Shown here: positions 1-15,698 of the stretch, one piece after another
Layout: each line of letters opens with the position of its first letter
How positions within the stretch are numbered: the stretch's first letter is position 1
From: Paramecium tetraurelia
Lineage: Eukaryota
DNA: 64,000 nt
NCBI GenBank assembly: GCA_000165425.1
Contig: CT868023.1
Span: 62,001 to 126,000, forward strand
Reading direction: 5' to 3'
Notes under the pieces: generated by a model
Seen by the model: only the letters and a program-made list of their open reading frames with translations
Told to the model about the DNA's origin: nothing
Database searches by the model: none
Translations under genes and position numbers: made by a program

Positions 1-1423
1 ATCTATATGCTGAGTTGGCTGACAGGGCTGCCAGAATCACAAAAGCACCAGAGGCCATCCTGTACAATACAGTACACTTACCTGAAACTGTCAATCTCTA
101 TTATTAAACACCAAAAGATGGAAAATTTAATGCAAAAATTGTGACCATTTTCTCCAATGTTCAGTAATAGAATCTACCAAATATTGTGATTTTGAATCAA
201 TCAGCATTCTATCCATTTGGAGGTGGTTAGGATTATGATTAAGGGTGGTTGACTATTCAAGGCGAGAGACATTTTGTAAACAATGTTCAAAAGGTAGGCA
301 AAGTTGTATTGCACATTTTGGATAAGCCATTGTCTGACCCTATTGACACATATGTAAATCAAGAGATCTTGGCTGAAATTGATTTGGACAGGAGAACCAT
401 CTTGCGTAATCATCATACAGCCACTCACATTGTATTTGCAGCTTGTAGAAGAGTCCTTGGTCCTCATGTTTGGTAGAATGGTGCTCATAAGAGTGTTAAT
501 AATGCTCATCTTGACATCACTCATTTCGCTCCCTTGACCAAGGAATAGGAGCAGAATATTGAAAATGAAGTCAACAAGATAATTCTATCAGCCAGATAAA
601 TTAATAAAGGGTTCATGAGTAAGTCAGATGCTGAAAAAGAATATGGATTTAGATTATATCAAGGTGGTATTGTACCTGGAAATGAATTGAGAGTTGTTAA
701 TATCGAGGGTATAGATGTGGAAGCCTGTTGCGGTACTCATTGTGACAGCACTTCAGAAGTAGGATGGGTTAGAATTCTCAAGACTTAAAAGCTTTAAGAT
801 GGAGTAGTCAGACTTTATTATGTTGCTGGAGTGAAAACAATTGAGGTTCTCAATTCTGAAGGAGAGATGATCAATTAATTGGTTAAGTTGTGGTCCATCT
901 CCAAAAATCAATTGGTTGAAGAAGGAAGCAAAATATTTTAGGAGAAGAAGCATTATGAAACAGCATACAATGTAAGTTTAAACATTCATATTTTAGTCTA
1001 TTAAAGCTGAACTTATCAAATCTTAAATGAAATATGTGATCGACGGACCCAATCTTAAGACTATCATATAGTCCAATGAAACCAATCCTACTGCTTATTT
1101 CAGTGAAATAGGAAAGTACATTCAACAATTAAAGGATTCCAAAAAAGGACTTATTTTTGTGGCTGATACTTTCCTATATGGGGCTTTTGGCGATGGAAAC
1201 TTCAACGTTGAAGAACTTTCTAAGCAGATTGAGGAGGAAGGAACTCAATTGAAAGTCAACAAATAGAATAAGATTAGTGTTAAGGATGGAAAGGTATATT
1301 AAATTAAGTATAATTTAGAAATGCATTTAAGTTAATGATGTGCTGACATTTTCGGTGTTGGGCAAATTCAATAAGAATAAGGTATTGAAGTATCTTAAAG
1401 ATCTACAATTCGCATTGTTCTGA
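1..1423 (+). CDS. alaS: Alanyl-tRNA synthetase, archaeal type (3' part; starts before window)
   Basis: Code-6 translation gives the editing-domain motifs HHTATH and EACCGTHC, plus GPHVWQNGAHK and YGFRLYQGGIVPG. Introns at 972-996 and 1294-1318. TGA at 1421-1423. Confidence 0.93.
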
Positions 1424-1485
1424 AATATATATATATATAAATAATTTATTATTATTAAAATTAATCGAATAATAATAAAAACATT

Positions 1486-2530
1486 TCATTTATTAAGTGT
1501 TGGTAATTGGACTTTTTGCTTTTTGCTGTAATTAGTTTGTTCAGCCGTATTCAAATCCAGTGACATTATCTTCAAGGCCATTGATTTCTCATAATTTTCT
1601 TAAACTTAATTTGGATTAGGTCTGGTCAACAAATTGTTTAGTCTATTTAATTATGTATAAATGTTACGTGCTCTTTGACCACTTCTCTTAATAGGTGGTT
1701 GTCCAATGTTGTGATGTTCCCAAATCAGATTTACGCATCTTGAATAGTGATAGATAGAATTTACTTTTAATTCATAATCTGTTTAGTTGAGTCTTTGAAT
1801 GAATGATTGATCGTATTTATATTTTAAGTCTCTATTTTATACTGATATCTTAATGAATCCAAAATCTATGTGGAGATCATGTCCGAGTCTGGTTAAATCA
1901 TGAATAGCCTTAATCAATGAAGTGTGAACTGATTGGACAACATCTTTGCCTAGATAACTTAATCACAATTAGTATGTACTAACCTTGATGCTGCGATTGG
2001 ACCAGCATTACAGAAGTTCATTCCGAATCCTTTCTGATAGATGGAATGCTGACTCAAAGGCTTAGTGATTTCCTCTTTGCCTGGGTAACGAGCCAAGAAG
2101 TATTTCAATGCATTGTCAGGAACAAAACAAGGTCTATTCATGATATTGGAGAATGAAGTACCTGATTTAATGAACATGTTTCCTGTCTGCTCTCTGAATG
2201 GCCAGGTCTTGAGTCATGTTGAATCCTGAATGTTGGAGGGGTTTCACATAATCAGATATGACTTCCATCGTGAATGCTCCCAACTCTTTCATGTTGACTC
2301 CCTTAAATTATTATTGAATATTACATTTCCATTGAACATCTTCTCCTTGATGTACTCAGCTGTGGCTTTGATTATGATGTGAAATTAAGCCTTTGGTTCG
2401 AGTGGTTTATAGGACTGCACAGTTCTTGGCTGCGATTCTTGTTGTTTTCCTGGGTAGTTTTAAGGATGTGAAAGTATCCTAATATGTAATGGATAAACTC
2501 ATACCAGTTGTAAATGTCATCGAGGTTCAT
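1486..2530 (-). CDS. CCDC81-like HU-domain protein (probably ciliary/centrosomal)
   Basis: MNLDDIYNW...GVNMKELGAFTME...RPCFVPD...LHIDFGFIKISV resembles the CCDC81 HU domains. Several short introns. Ends KVQLPTLNK*. Confidence 0.65.
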
Positions 2531-2652
2531 TCTGTTTCTGAAATTGATATTAAAATTTATTTTTTATTTTGTTAAAATGAAAGAAAACTTAAATTTAAAT
2601 GGAGGGAATAAAAAACAAATAATGAATGCTTTTCTGTTTTATATTATATGAA

Positions 2653-3754
<1,102 letters not shown>

Positions 3755-3814
3755 ATTAATTTAATTTTTGAATCACTACTAGAACTAATCAAATATATAT
3801 AAAGGTTTAATAAA

Positions 3815-6800
3815 TCATTAAGAATTTAGTATGATCTACATGTATTAGGGCAGACACTCAAATGCATATTACTCCAATAACAGTTCCTTGGCTCTTCTCT
3901 CTAGGAATCTCCCCAACAATACCCTCTGCTCATTCGAATTCAACTCATTCATCCGATAGAACCCTTCTCTCTCAGTCGAATCATATTTCGAGGATCTGAT
4001 CAACATCAATTTCAACTCGATCTCTCGTATCTTCCACAACTTGAGATCATTGAAATACTAAGCATTATTCTTCTGCAAATACTCACTCAAATTAGCCAAT
4101 AAGTTGTGTTCCTCGCAAATCTGTGAGAATCTCTTATGTGACATATACTAAACACTATTCTATTCCAAATCACATTCATTCATGAACAAATTAATTATCT
4201 GTGATTCAGTTCTCTGTGAATCCACTTCCAATAATAGCAGTCTGAATTAGAGTTAAGTGAATCGTTCCTAATCAAATAAAGTCAAAATTAACTAATATTT
4301 TTGAGTGATCTCCTTCGTTCTGAAATCCTACATCCCTTACATATAGGGTTGTACCTCTTGATCATAATCAACCAGTTGCACGTATTTTGGAATAGTATTC
4401 TTAACATATTGTCCGATTGCTTCAGAAAGTTATGATTATTGGACAAATATGCCATTTTCTGTGAATTCTTTGTTTTGAATGGTGTTCAGGATACTCAAAT
4501 AGATGTTAAAACTCTGATCTCCAATCAACATCCAATGGAAGAGTTTAGCATAACTTGTCTTTTTCTTGTAGTAGATGATACTCTTGATTATTCTCTGGTA
4601 CTTTTGCAACCAAACTTGAGGAGGCTATTGGAAATTCTCTATTTAATAAAACTCATAGAGTTGTATATGCAGGGGATAATTGTACTTCCCATATTTCACA
4701 CACCAACACACAAAACTGGACAAATATTTTTAAAGAGTTTATCGAGTGACAATATTGTCGATTCTATCTCTTCGAAATTATTGTATCTCTTGCAATAACA
4801 GTTGAGTTGCAGTTTGCGTGTTTTTGGATGGACATTTACTCACGAATAGTTTCTTCTCTATGGATAACAAATTCTTTATGGGTGACAACTAAGCCTCGAT
4901 GTCCACCTCCTACTCATCATCCGAGGACGAATCATCAGGTGGAGCCAATGAATCTTAGAAGACTAAAAATGAGATAAGTTTATTCCTTACATATTTATAC
5001 TGGATGGTGCTTCTTCATTGGACTTATGGGTGGAGTCTCTCTGGGTTCTCTGGATAGATCAACTGATTAGTCTCTTCTCAATTATTGTGGTTCTGTTGAT
5101 TCACTTTATGCTATATCCAAGGCACTCTTTTGAATCTATGAACTGGTAGATTGATTGATTTGTGGAGGTATCAACAATTAAGGTTAAGAAGAAAAGAAGA
5201 TTGTATTCGATTTTTCAGGAGGCAGTAGATTGGGACCAGGCGATTGAAGCTTTGGAAATTCCAAGAATATTTTCTTTTTAATTGCTTGTCTTTTGATGGT
5301 TTCTATTTGAAAGTGTGGCAAATATTTGTGGATTCGTATAATTTGTTTTTGGAGGAATGAAACCTATTTTAACGTTAATTGATGTTTGCCTATCAACATA
5401 TCCAACTTTTTTTCGGCATACATCTATTTACGATATGCCTATTTCGAATCAATCTATGTTTCATAGAGACAAATCTTGTTCTCTACTAGACTGGATTTGT
5501 TTTCAATAATCAGAGCTTCCAAATGTCGAATCAGATTAATGAACACATTATAACTATTAATGACATACTAACTCACACATTAGAAATCATCCAAATGAAA
5601 TTCTTCCTTCATTGTCAATATGTTAAACAACTATCTAGATCTCTAAGCCAGTTGATCCACGAGATCATTTAGTTCTTAGTTAAATGTATTTTTATTATAA
5701 GTAATTTTGATTTCATGATAGTCGTCAATAAAGACTTGAATAGGATATCTGGACATTTCCAAATAAGTCTATTCTTCTTTGTTTCTAGGGATGCATTCCC
5801 TCTTGATCATTGAAAAGTTGGCTTCAACAGATTGATTGAATGTAACAACAGGAGGTGTTTGAGTACTCCAATCGTATACTTTTTTCTTGAATTAAATAGT
5901 CTAGACTGATGCATCTGAGAAGTGAAGTAAGTCGGAGGTGTCAGTTTCTTGTGTTTTGTAAGTGATTGAATTGCCTACACATTCATCCTTGAATATGGTT
6001 TATTAATAATCCTATAGTATTTATTCATCTTCCTAATTTTAATTTAATATCTCTCTCCTTTCTAAATCATCTAATTTTCTTTAATACATTTCTTCATATA
6101 TCATAGTTCTTTATTCGAATTGATGTTTAAAGTCTTCAAACATCTCCTTTTTGGCATGTTACAATTCATCTGCAAACTTCTCTTCAATTTATTATGCATT
6201 CACAAGATTTTGATGAATGTAGATGGAAGGATCGACTTGATGATTAATGAAGACTTTCATGGCATCTATTTCCCTTATCAGATCAGAATTCTGCAATTTT
6301 AGGAAATCACACTCTCTTCTTAGGTTTAGTAGTTCTTACTCTAATTTTTAACATTTTTTTCTCAAGTATCTACCTTCTTTAATCATTTTGTCGTTTTAAT
6401 CAGAATTCTATTTCAAATATCTCTCAGCCTCCTGCAATTTAGTGCCCTTGTCATTCAAGGTTTTTTGGTACATCTGATGCAATTTCACAGTTTCTGAGAG
6501 ACAATCTTTCTCCAATTTTCTGAAGGTTTCAGATTGCTTTTCAATAATCTCCTTTACTGCATGTGTAAATGATGACCATATTTTATTCAGGATTGTCTAA
6601 TAATCAATGCACTTAACAGCCAGTTACTAACCTAACTAAGTAATGGAACCAGTGTAGACCAACTCCATTTTTTCATAGAAATCCCTAATGTTGCTGTACT
6701 ATTGTAATTATAATTATTGAACCATTAGCTACATAATAATGGTTAGATACATCTGTCCATTGTTCTAGTTGTTGAAGATCTTTGCGTTCATTTAACTCAA

Positions 6801-7552
6801 GTACCCACTTTGTCCTACTAGTCCGATTGCTACTCACATTATTGGCCCTACTCATCAAGGATCTCATGGCAAAGACCTATGATCTCCTCATCTTCATTCA
6901 TTACCGTTCCATCCTCACCTTAAATAGTTCTGCAAATGTTTTGAAGAGACGGCAATTTGTTCGGTGAACCGTAACGCTAAGAATTACTCTCCACAGATGA
7001 TATCTTGCCCTTGGATGATAAATCGATGTGTGTCTCAACTCGAAAATGAATACTCTTCAGTGGCTTTTGATTCATTGGTAATTTAATTTATAAACAACAT
7101 CATCTTTTCAACTTCTTCTCAATGCATTACTACAAACGCACCATTTCATTCACATAGTTTTTAGACAGTCCTTTTGCTTATTCACCCCCCAATGTATTAA
7201 AGTAATTCGCAATCTCTCCCAATTCCTTCATTGGCAACTTCTCATCCAATCTCCTCCCGAAAGAACGAGGAGATATTAAACCGACATGCTCAGACATTCC
7301 TCTCGCTGTCTTCACTGTCGCACGAGGACTCCCTATCGTAGAAATCCTATCCATGTAATATTGTTTTCATTTACTGTTCCCTCAATGAGACTAATTTTGA
7401 CAACAATGCTGATTCTTTCGACTCTCTCGTTGTCGCCAACACCTAAGCATACATTCGGTTATTCGCCTTGTACTCCATCATCTCTGATGACTCAGTTGGA
7501 TATCTCAATAGAACAAATAAACATACGATCTCAATTGTTACCGACCAAACAT
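3815..7552 (-). CDS. Large coiled-coil hypothetical protein (~1200 aa)
   Basis: Code-6 frame starts MFGRQQLRSYPTESSEMM; two short introns near the 5' end restore the frame; E/K/Q-rich heptads. Continuity across the whole span was not verified codon by codon. Confidence 0.6.
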
Positions 7553-8126
7553 TATTAAAATTAATCGAAATTCCTCCCACTTCAAATTTCAACTTATGTT
7601 ATGAAATCTTTGGTTCTTCCAAAAATTGTTATCACCTAAATCATTATTTTCATCCAATATTCAATTATCTATCACACATCCACATTATTCAATACCAAAC
7701 TACTCATTTTAAATATTTGCTTTTTTATACCGAAAATTCTACTCCTTTTTAAATTCCTACATTTATCTCTTTCATCAAATACAGTATTTGGAAATAGTAT
7801 TTAATATTTATTATTTTTAAAATCCTTCTATTTTTGCTTACTAATTTATACTCTAAAGCAGAACCAGTAGCACTTAATCTATCCCTTATTCAGAATTACT
7901 ATTGTACTTCTTCAAGTCAAAAAATAAAGATAAATTTAGCAAATATTATTAATTAAAATTTTCTGATTAACTACCCATTCTTTGCACTCATATGATATTC
8001 CTGTGTTTTTTTAATGTACTTTTTGTTCTCTCAAAATTTATATTAAAGTAATTTCTAATAAATTAAATAGTTTAACTTAAAGCATTTTTTAATCAAATTG
8101 ATTTATAATTAAATACAATTTTAACC

Positions 8127-9987
8127 ATGAAAAAAAAGGACATCATTCTAGAATACAAACTTTTTAAACGATATGTGCAACACTTACAATTCAAATTACT
8201 TTAAGAGGAATCTCACAATACATAATCAATAAATGTCAAGATCAATAGAAATAGATACTACTAAATTGACCTTAAAGTGAATAAAAATAGAGATAATCTT
8301 CCTTTAATGACTAACCACTACAAAAGCATACCCTAAAACATCAGATTATAAAATCCAACTCCTGTTTTACTTGAGAGATTAAGTACGAATATTAACTACT
8401 TAGCACCTATGTCAGTTGAGTTGTCACAAGGCGAAGAAACAGAAGAGCTATTTAAAACCATTGAATAAGCTTAATAGGAAAGTATTGAAAAAAGTAAATA
8501 ACTCTTAAGAAATGAATTAAAAGTGTTCTTAGATTATCTTTTTGAAAAATACAAAGAATTGTTCAGCTCTATTAAAGATGTATTCAAATTTAATGAAATT
8601 GCAGAAGCTTTGAATGTTTCAGTAGATTAAATTTAATTGCATTTTTTATCGAAATTATAAGGGAGGTACTCTATGAGGTCTGTTGTGAAGTATCAATTCG
8701 TAAGATTCAACAGGTATTTTTGTCCCATTTGCAATCTGTATATGTGTAGTTGGCATTATAGGTTAAAATTGAGTCTTATATAGTTCAAAGAATCAAAGAG
8801 TGTTTATTGAGAGTGAACCAAATGTGGAGATGCCAATTAATATTCAATCAATTGATAATTTTTATGAAACAGACTTCAAACCGAATCAAATAAATTTGAA
8901 AGATAGTATTTGGAGATATCATATGAGAAATAAGTAAGAAATAGATATAAGATGTACTAAAATTGAAAGATGCGGTAGATACAATTGTGATAACAAAAAA
9001 AGATTAAAGAAATTTTAAATAAAATCTATTCAATAACTACTTGAATTTGGTTTTGAAAATTGTTGCTTTATCAATTAAATATTACAGCATCCTGTCTATA
9101 AGATTTACTGTGATTAAATTAGCTATATAATCAAGAATTACTCTAATAATTAGGAGAACCTTAATAATAAACCACAATAGAATATTATGTCTCCAGAGAT
9201 TTATGAAGGATTTGATTCTTACTCTTAAAAATTACATAAAATTACTAATTACTAACAATAATATACACCTTGTTTTCATTAAGGCAGTTGCAAAGATGCT
9301 GATTGCAGTTGTGTGATGTGTCCGAGATACTGTTGTTGCAAAGGTAAATGTGAAAAGAAGATTAAGAGGTGTGACTGCAAAAACTGTGGGTATGATGAAA
9401 AGAAACGTAAATTTTAATGTACTTGTTTCAATTTAGGATTTGAATGTGATCCATCTATTTGCAAATGTACAAATTGCAATAACGTCAATTTAACTCTGGG
9501 AATATCTAAATAGCTAATCTTAGGAAACTCTCTTATTTGTAATGGTATAGGCTTATTTGCTGCATAGCATTTTAAAACATATGACTTCATAGGGGAATAT
9601 AGAGGAAACTATCTGTTGTTGGATGAAGAAAGCTACATTATAGAGTGTAAAATTTAGATATATCTTTAGAATGTAATATGCTTACTGGGAAACATTACTT
9701 GTTTGAAGTTGATGATAAATGGCAAGTGGATGGAACTTATTATAGCAATTATCTTAGATTCATCAATCATGCAACTAATTAATCAGAAACCGCAAACTGT
9801 TAAGCCATTATACTATTTTCTGAAGGAAGATGGAAGATTGGAATGTATGTAAATTCTACTATTTAGGCTCGCAACTAGGGAGATTGAAGTAGGATAAGAG
9901 TTATACTTTGATTATGGGGATAAATTCAAAACTAAATGGCTATAAGAATTTAACAAAATTAGTGAAAGATATTTTTAGGGCAAATGA
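8127..9987 (+). CDS. EZL: Enhancer-of-zeste-like histone methyltransferase (CXC + SET), ~597 aa; paralog identity not resolved
   Basis: YFCPICNLYMCSWH motif; Cys-rich CXC domain (PCFH...CTCFNLGFECDPSIC); SET motifs GIGLF, IGEYRG, RFINH and ELYFDYG. Introns at 8762-8783, 9647-9669 and 9845-9866. Confidence 0.9.
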
Positions 9988-10149
9988 GTTAAATAATTTA
10001 TCATTAAATATCATTTTTATAATTCCAATATTAAAGGAAACATTTGATAAAATCTAATATATTATATATTATAGTAGTGATTTTCTTATTCTAAATTTAA
10101 TATGGATCTAAAATTTCAAAAAACAAATTATTCTATGATTAATTAATAA

Positions 10150-11397
10150 ATGTTTATTAGCAACACAACTTTTAGTTTGTAAAAGAAAAGAGAGAATTTT
10201 GCTTTGAATGTTAAACGCATAGATAGGGAAACTCTATTATCTAACAATAGGAAGAAAATGTTATAGTAAAATAATAATGACTTTGAAGTAGATAAAACAC
10301 TTCATCTCTTAAATGAAGCAATTAAAGTTTATAACAAAAAGGATATCAAAAGTAGCTTTAAGCAAATCAATGACTATAATAACTTTAATGAGGAATAAGA
10401 AATAAGATTAGTATAAATGATTTAAACTCTCCTTAAACATAAAGTTGAGGATGAAAATTCATCTTTGCATAATGAATGCTTGAATATTTTAGTTAAATTA
10501 AGTTTGTTAAACAACTCATCTTAAGAATTATTTAACACTTTGACAATACTATGCCAATTGATGGAAATGTATAACAACCATATTAATCAAGCACTTTCTT
10601 ACTAAATTTTAGATAAAATACTAGCTTTTATTGGTATAAAACTATTTATCATAATTAGGTAATATTTCTTGTAATAATGGATTTATTAGTGCATTTACAT
10701 CCAAATTAATAGATATCTTATAATATCAGATAATTTTTGGCTAAAAAAGATTGTTATTTTAGGCAATATGGGCTTTAAATAATATTTTGTATGCAATACA
10801 TAATGAAACTGCATTGTTAAACTAGATATTGCGAAGGATAGGTTAATCAGATATGCCTCATTACTTAGTGCAATATGCAAAGAAGAACGAAATTAAGCTT
10901 GATTAAAATTAATTGATTTAAATATACTGGTTATATGCAGAATTGTCCTAAATAATCCCTTATGATTTTGCATAGTTATAAGTGAAGGAAGCAGATTGTT
11001 TAGAATTGTAATTAATAAAACTCTTTATCTACTCTAATTTGACAGGGTAATAAATAGTACCTATAAATTGTAATATTAATTAACTTCTCAATCTGTTTCC
11101 GGTGTCACCTATTTTAATATAAAGATAACTGTTAGTGATCATTGCTAATTTAGTTCTTTAGACAGAGATTGAATTAGAGACATTAAAGAACCTAATTAAT
11201 TTTGCCTTTCCCATTTGTCCTGTAAAAATAGCTTTTATTTCTAGATAGATACCATGTTCTTATTGCATAACTGTTAAGTGAAATATAATTTGTAATTAAC
11301 TCAAAGTGAAAAAGATCACATTTTGAGAATTGTTGATGAACTTTAGAAAGACTCATTAATATAAGATTTGGTAAAGCAGTTAAAATTAAATAATTGA
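10150..11397 (+). CDS. Divergent importin-alpha-like / ARM-repeat protein
   Basis: N-terminal IBB-like segment KKRENFALNVKRIDRETLLSNNRK; LAFIGNIS after removing intron 10634-10658; Leu/Ile-rich helical body. Confidence 0.55.
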
Positions 11398-11461
11398 ATA
11401 AAATAAAACTAAATCAAGCTTTTCTAAAAAATTATTTTAAGTATCCTCCTATTTAGGTTAT

Positions 11462-13620
11462 TCATCCCAATTGATTCTATTTTTTTTATAGATTTTAAGC
11501 TTACACAGTATTTTATTAATCAGATTGTTTGATTTTCTCTGCAAATTTGATGAATCCTAAATTAAATAATGTATTAGTAAGATCCTTCTTACCTTCTAAA
11601 TGAAATGAGAAGATGCCATAAAATTAAGAAATCATATCATTCTTACAAAATTTGAGAATTTCTTCAAAGGTATGTAGTTTCAATAAAGAAGACTCACAGC
11701 ATTTCAACATTCCAATAATAAATGTATGAATGATATCTTCTCCTTCGAAAAGGAAAACATCAAATATCATTCTGCTTATTTTCCATGAATTTCCGTACAT
11801 TAGTAAAGTAAAATATTGATATTGGAAGCAAATGTTAAAATCTACACCTACTTCTTGAAAATGTTAATAGAGTTGAGGTAATTCAGACATAAATTTTTAA
11901 TTGAGAGTCTTCATCATTTTAATGAGACCAGGAAACCCAGTCTTAAACACCTCTTGCCATTTCAGTTCTATCATTATATAAATAAAAATGTAAAAGACCA
12001 TTTCATCCCTTTTTGGATCAAATATTTCTACATCTAAAAATGAATAAGGATATTTACTTTCTAAAAATTAATGATCGTTATATTAAAGATCATAACAAAC
12101 CAATAAATTAGCTGCAATAATATTCATGCCTTAAGTATATCCCAATTCAGGATCGTAATTAGCATATGCAATTAATATTTTTTTTAAACTCACAATATTA
12201 TCTGGCTTTAATAATTAGATATTTTACATTCGTTAGAAACTCACATTCAGTTAAAGTACGAGGAATGTCCTTCTCTATTTAAGATTTAAATTTATTGTCC
12301 TGCAAAGAATATTACAGAAAGGATTTCCCAGTCTATTTAATTTAATTCTTTATTGAATCCACTTGGCAGAAGAATTGCCAAATGTCTCTTCTTTCAAAAA
12401 AGTTTAAACTCTATGCCAACAATGAGACATGTATGTCGAAAACATTGTAACCATTTAATGACTTTTAGGAAATTATCTTTCTCCAATCTTCTTGTTTTAA
12501 TAATTTATACTCATTTCCATTCTTACGGGGCTCGATAATAACAAAGTCAGATATTTCCACTTAGATCAAATTGTATTCAAATTGTTCCTCATCTGTTATG
12601 GGTTAGTCATCTTTAGATTTTTTTAATAGCTTTTGATCTTTAAACTTCATGTTATATGCTAAAGGCTAGTATTTAGTTTGTATTTTACTTCTTCTTTACT
12701 CTCACTAATAGACCTTTTAAACAATCGAGATTGGTTCGTTTGATTCTGGACTTATGAAGCTTTTTGTCTATTTCTTTTTCTGCTTAACTAATATTCATTT
12801 AGAATCTAACTTAAATAATCTCAAATGGGATAGATTCCCAATCGCCATTCTCATTCTATTCAATAGTCTTAAAATAATTCATTAAATGATAATTTAATTA
12901 TTGAGTCTTACTAATAGAATTGAGAATGTTATATATAACTTTTCATTTTTTTAACAATTTAATTAAGGAATCAATTGATTAGGTTGTGTTCTTCTTCTCT
13001 CTTGGACTATAATACTTCAAATTGGCTTTCATTTTTATTGGATTGATGTTATTTCTCTTGAAAATCAGTTCCATTTATTTGGGTAAATCTTAAAGTTCCT
13101 AAACTTCTGGGAAACGCTATATAGCAGTAGGTTAAGGGATTTTAAGATAATGACTATTTAATAATTCATTTAATTTTCTGAGGCTCAACTTATTGGATTC
13201 ATAGTTATCTGTTCCATCTGTGAAAACTCGTTTGCTCAATTGATTTAATTCCTACTTCTAAGGACTCAAACTCAATTTATCTTATGAACAATTTGATTTC
13301 GTATTATTACTTTGTTTCAAGTATATCGAAGGTAATTATCTGCGAATTGCTCTTTTGTTTTGATCATCACATGAGTTGTCACTCTACAACTGTAGGAGTC
13401 TTGGACTTTAAAGAGCAATCCTAGTTGAATTCCTCTATTTCAATTTATTATTTAAAAGTGGTAATAACTTCTTTTTAAAATCATTAGTTTGATCAAAATT
13501 GAAAATTTGGCTCAGAGATTTTTAGGTTGACACATTCTTCAGAGTCCCATTATTTTACTGTGATTAATTATTTAGATATACAGGACTTTGTTGTTTTGGA
13601 AAATCAAAATTATATAGCAT
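11462..13620 (-). CDS. TBC-domain Rab GTPase-activating protein
   Basis: RRDIWQFF, IEKDIPRT, YANYDPELGYTQGMNIIAA and IFDVFLFEG. The N-terminal extension to 13620 assumes an intron at 12911-12939; otherwise the start is at 12882. The 3' end is approximate. Confidence 0.85.
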
Positions 13621-13695
13621 ATTATTATTAATAAAAAAGCCAAATTTAAATAAGTGTTACTAATATGATTTAATTTAGTGATAAATAATATTAAT

Positions 13696-15698
13696 TCATT
13701 TGATATTATAGATTTTTATATTTTGAGGTCTTAGACTTACCTTAACAGGAATGTATTCATTGGCCTATTTTGCATATGCTTCAAACTCCTTTTCCCTTTT
13801 TGCTTCCTAAACAAAGTTAATCCACTATAACATTATAAACTTCTTCCTCATCAAATTTACACTTGTATACGCATTCAAAAATTTACATTTGAGTCTCTAT
13901 TATTCATAAGTGAAATATTTCCAAGTATAATAATATCTCTTCATTGTTGAGAAATAGAATTTTGTCAAAGACTTTATATCCTTTTATTTCTTCTCCCTTT
14001 TAGCTACATTGAACCAACCATTAAATAAAAATTGCTTATATTAAAGATCCATTTATTTCTTCATTTTCTGTTTATATACTTAATTCTTCCATCTATTCAG
14101 AAACACTTTCTACTTATGATTGTTCATTAATTTAATCAAACTCTAAAGAAACTATTGCTAAGCTATTTAATTTTGTTTTAGTGTTTGGAATACATTATCT
14201 TTCAACTTTTTCTATTTCTAAAATCTAAACTATCTTGAAATTCTATCCTTCTCATATTTCTCCAATTATTTATCCTTATTTATCTTAAATTGCTTCATGC
14301 ACTTCTTCAAAATACAAATATCTTTCTTCTAGATATATTATTGTAACTTCTTCAATAATCGAAACTCTTTCAACAAATCTCGATTTAATTACCCAATCAT
14401 ATAATCGAAATATCTTTCGGCAATAAACAATAATTGAGTTTTGTTGATACTATTCAATAAATGGCTATTTTTTTCAAACTTTTCCATATCAATTACTAAT
14501 TCCTACGATAGTTTCTTAATGATATTATGATTATTGACTGTAATTCCATCTTTTGATGTATCCTTATCTGTAAGTTTAGAATTCCCTTAATGGTTGTTGT
14601 ACTAATTAGATTATTGGGCCTAATCAAATGACTGACCATAACTGATATCATTATTGGAGGAATCTTATTTTGTTTATAATGAATTGTTATATTCTTATTT
14701 CACCTCTATAATTGTTGGCTGCACATTAGGGTTGAACTACGCTGTATTTTATGGAATCGTCTGATATTGACTCCATCTTTAAGTTGTTTCTACTAATTAT
14801 GACTCCTAATCAATGCTTTCATAAATTGGACTTTAATTTGATTGATAATGAGCCTTCTCTTCTTGATGAGACGAATGAGTAACACTACTAGCTTCATCTT
14901 GAATCTCTTCCTTAATACTATTATAAGTTCTTGATGATTGCTAATAGTTATGATCAAATTTTTAACACTGAGTACCCATAGTAACTTTACCTGATTATTA
15001 AAATTGCCCTTGCTCTTCTATGGTATCATAGAATTATTCTGAATCTATTGATTTTTCTTATGTTTAACTTAAATTCTAAATATTGCTACTTTCTTAGCTT
15101 GTGTAATGACTTATCTAATTTCTATCAGAAACAGTCTTCGCATAAGGATCAAGCATTTATGTTTAAGTATACTGCATTACACTTGAGCTTTCAAAGGGAT
15201 TCTTCTAGCCCTCTTAATCAGTTTATACAAGTTCTTCCTAAATTTGACTTTCAGGCAATTTAACTTCCTGCTATCTGCTAAAAGACATATTCTGCTCTTC
15301 TTGCTTAGTCTTACGAGTATCTTCAAAAGGATTTTTAGGGGGCTCTGAGCGAGGAGATGAAACACTTTATTAATGTTCTTCAAGTTCTGCATTTTTCTTG
15401 ACTTCTTATTGTGGACTTGGTTTTGGCAATACTTAAAATTTGGGCTGAATTTCAAGTTGCGCTTTGTATTTATTCAACAAATCTCTTGTCTTAACAGGCA
15501 TACTCTTCACGGAAGGTTTCGAAAGACTTTCAAAGTCATTCATTTATTATTCAGATGTTTAGGAGACATACTCTTAATAATTGAGTTCTACACTCTTTTT
15601 ATAACTGTGCAAAGACCTTGCTGCATTCTAATTGTAACATATCATTTTACATCTCTTTTTTCTTGCAGGTCTTTATTAATTATTGGTCGTTATTGCAT
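13696..15698 (-). CDS. Hypothetical protein with C-terminal Trp-spaced basic helices (Sfi1-like)
   Basis: Long code-6 frame with KCFLNRWK, FLFNGWF and YYYTWKY segments. The Sfi1 assignment is weak. Confidence 0.55.
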
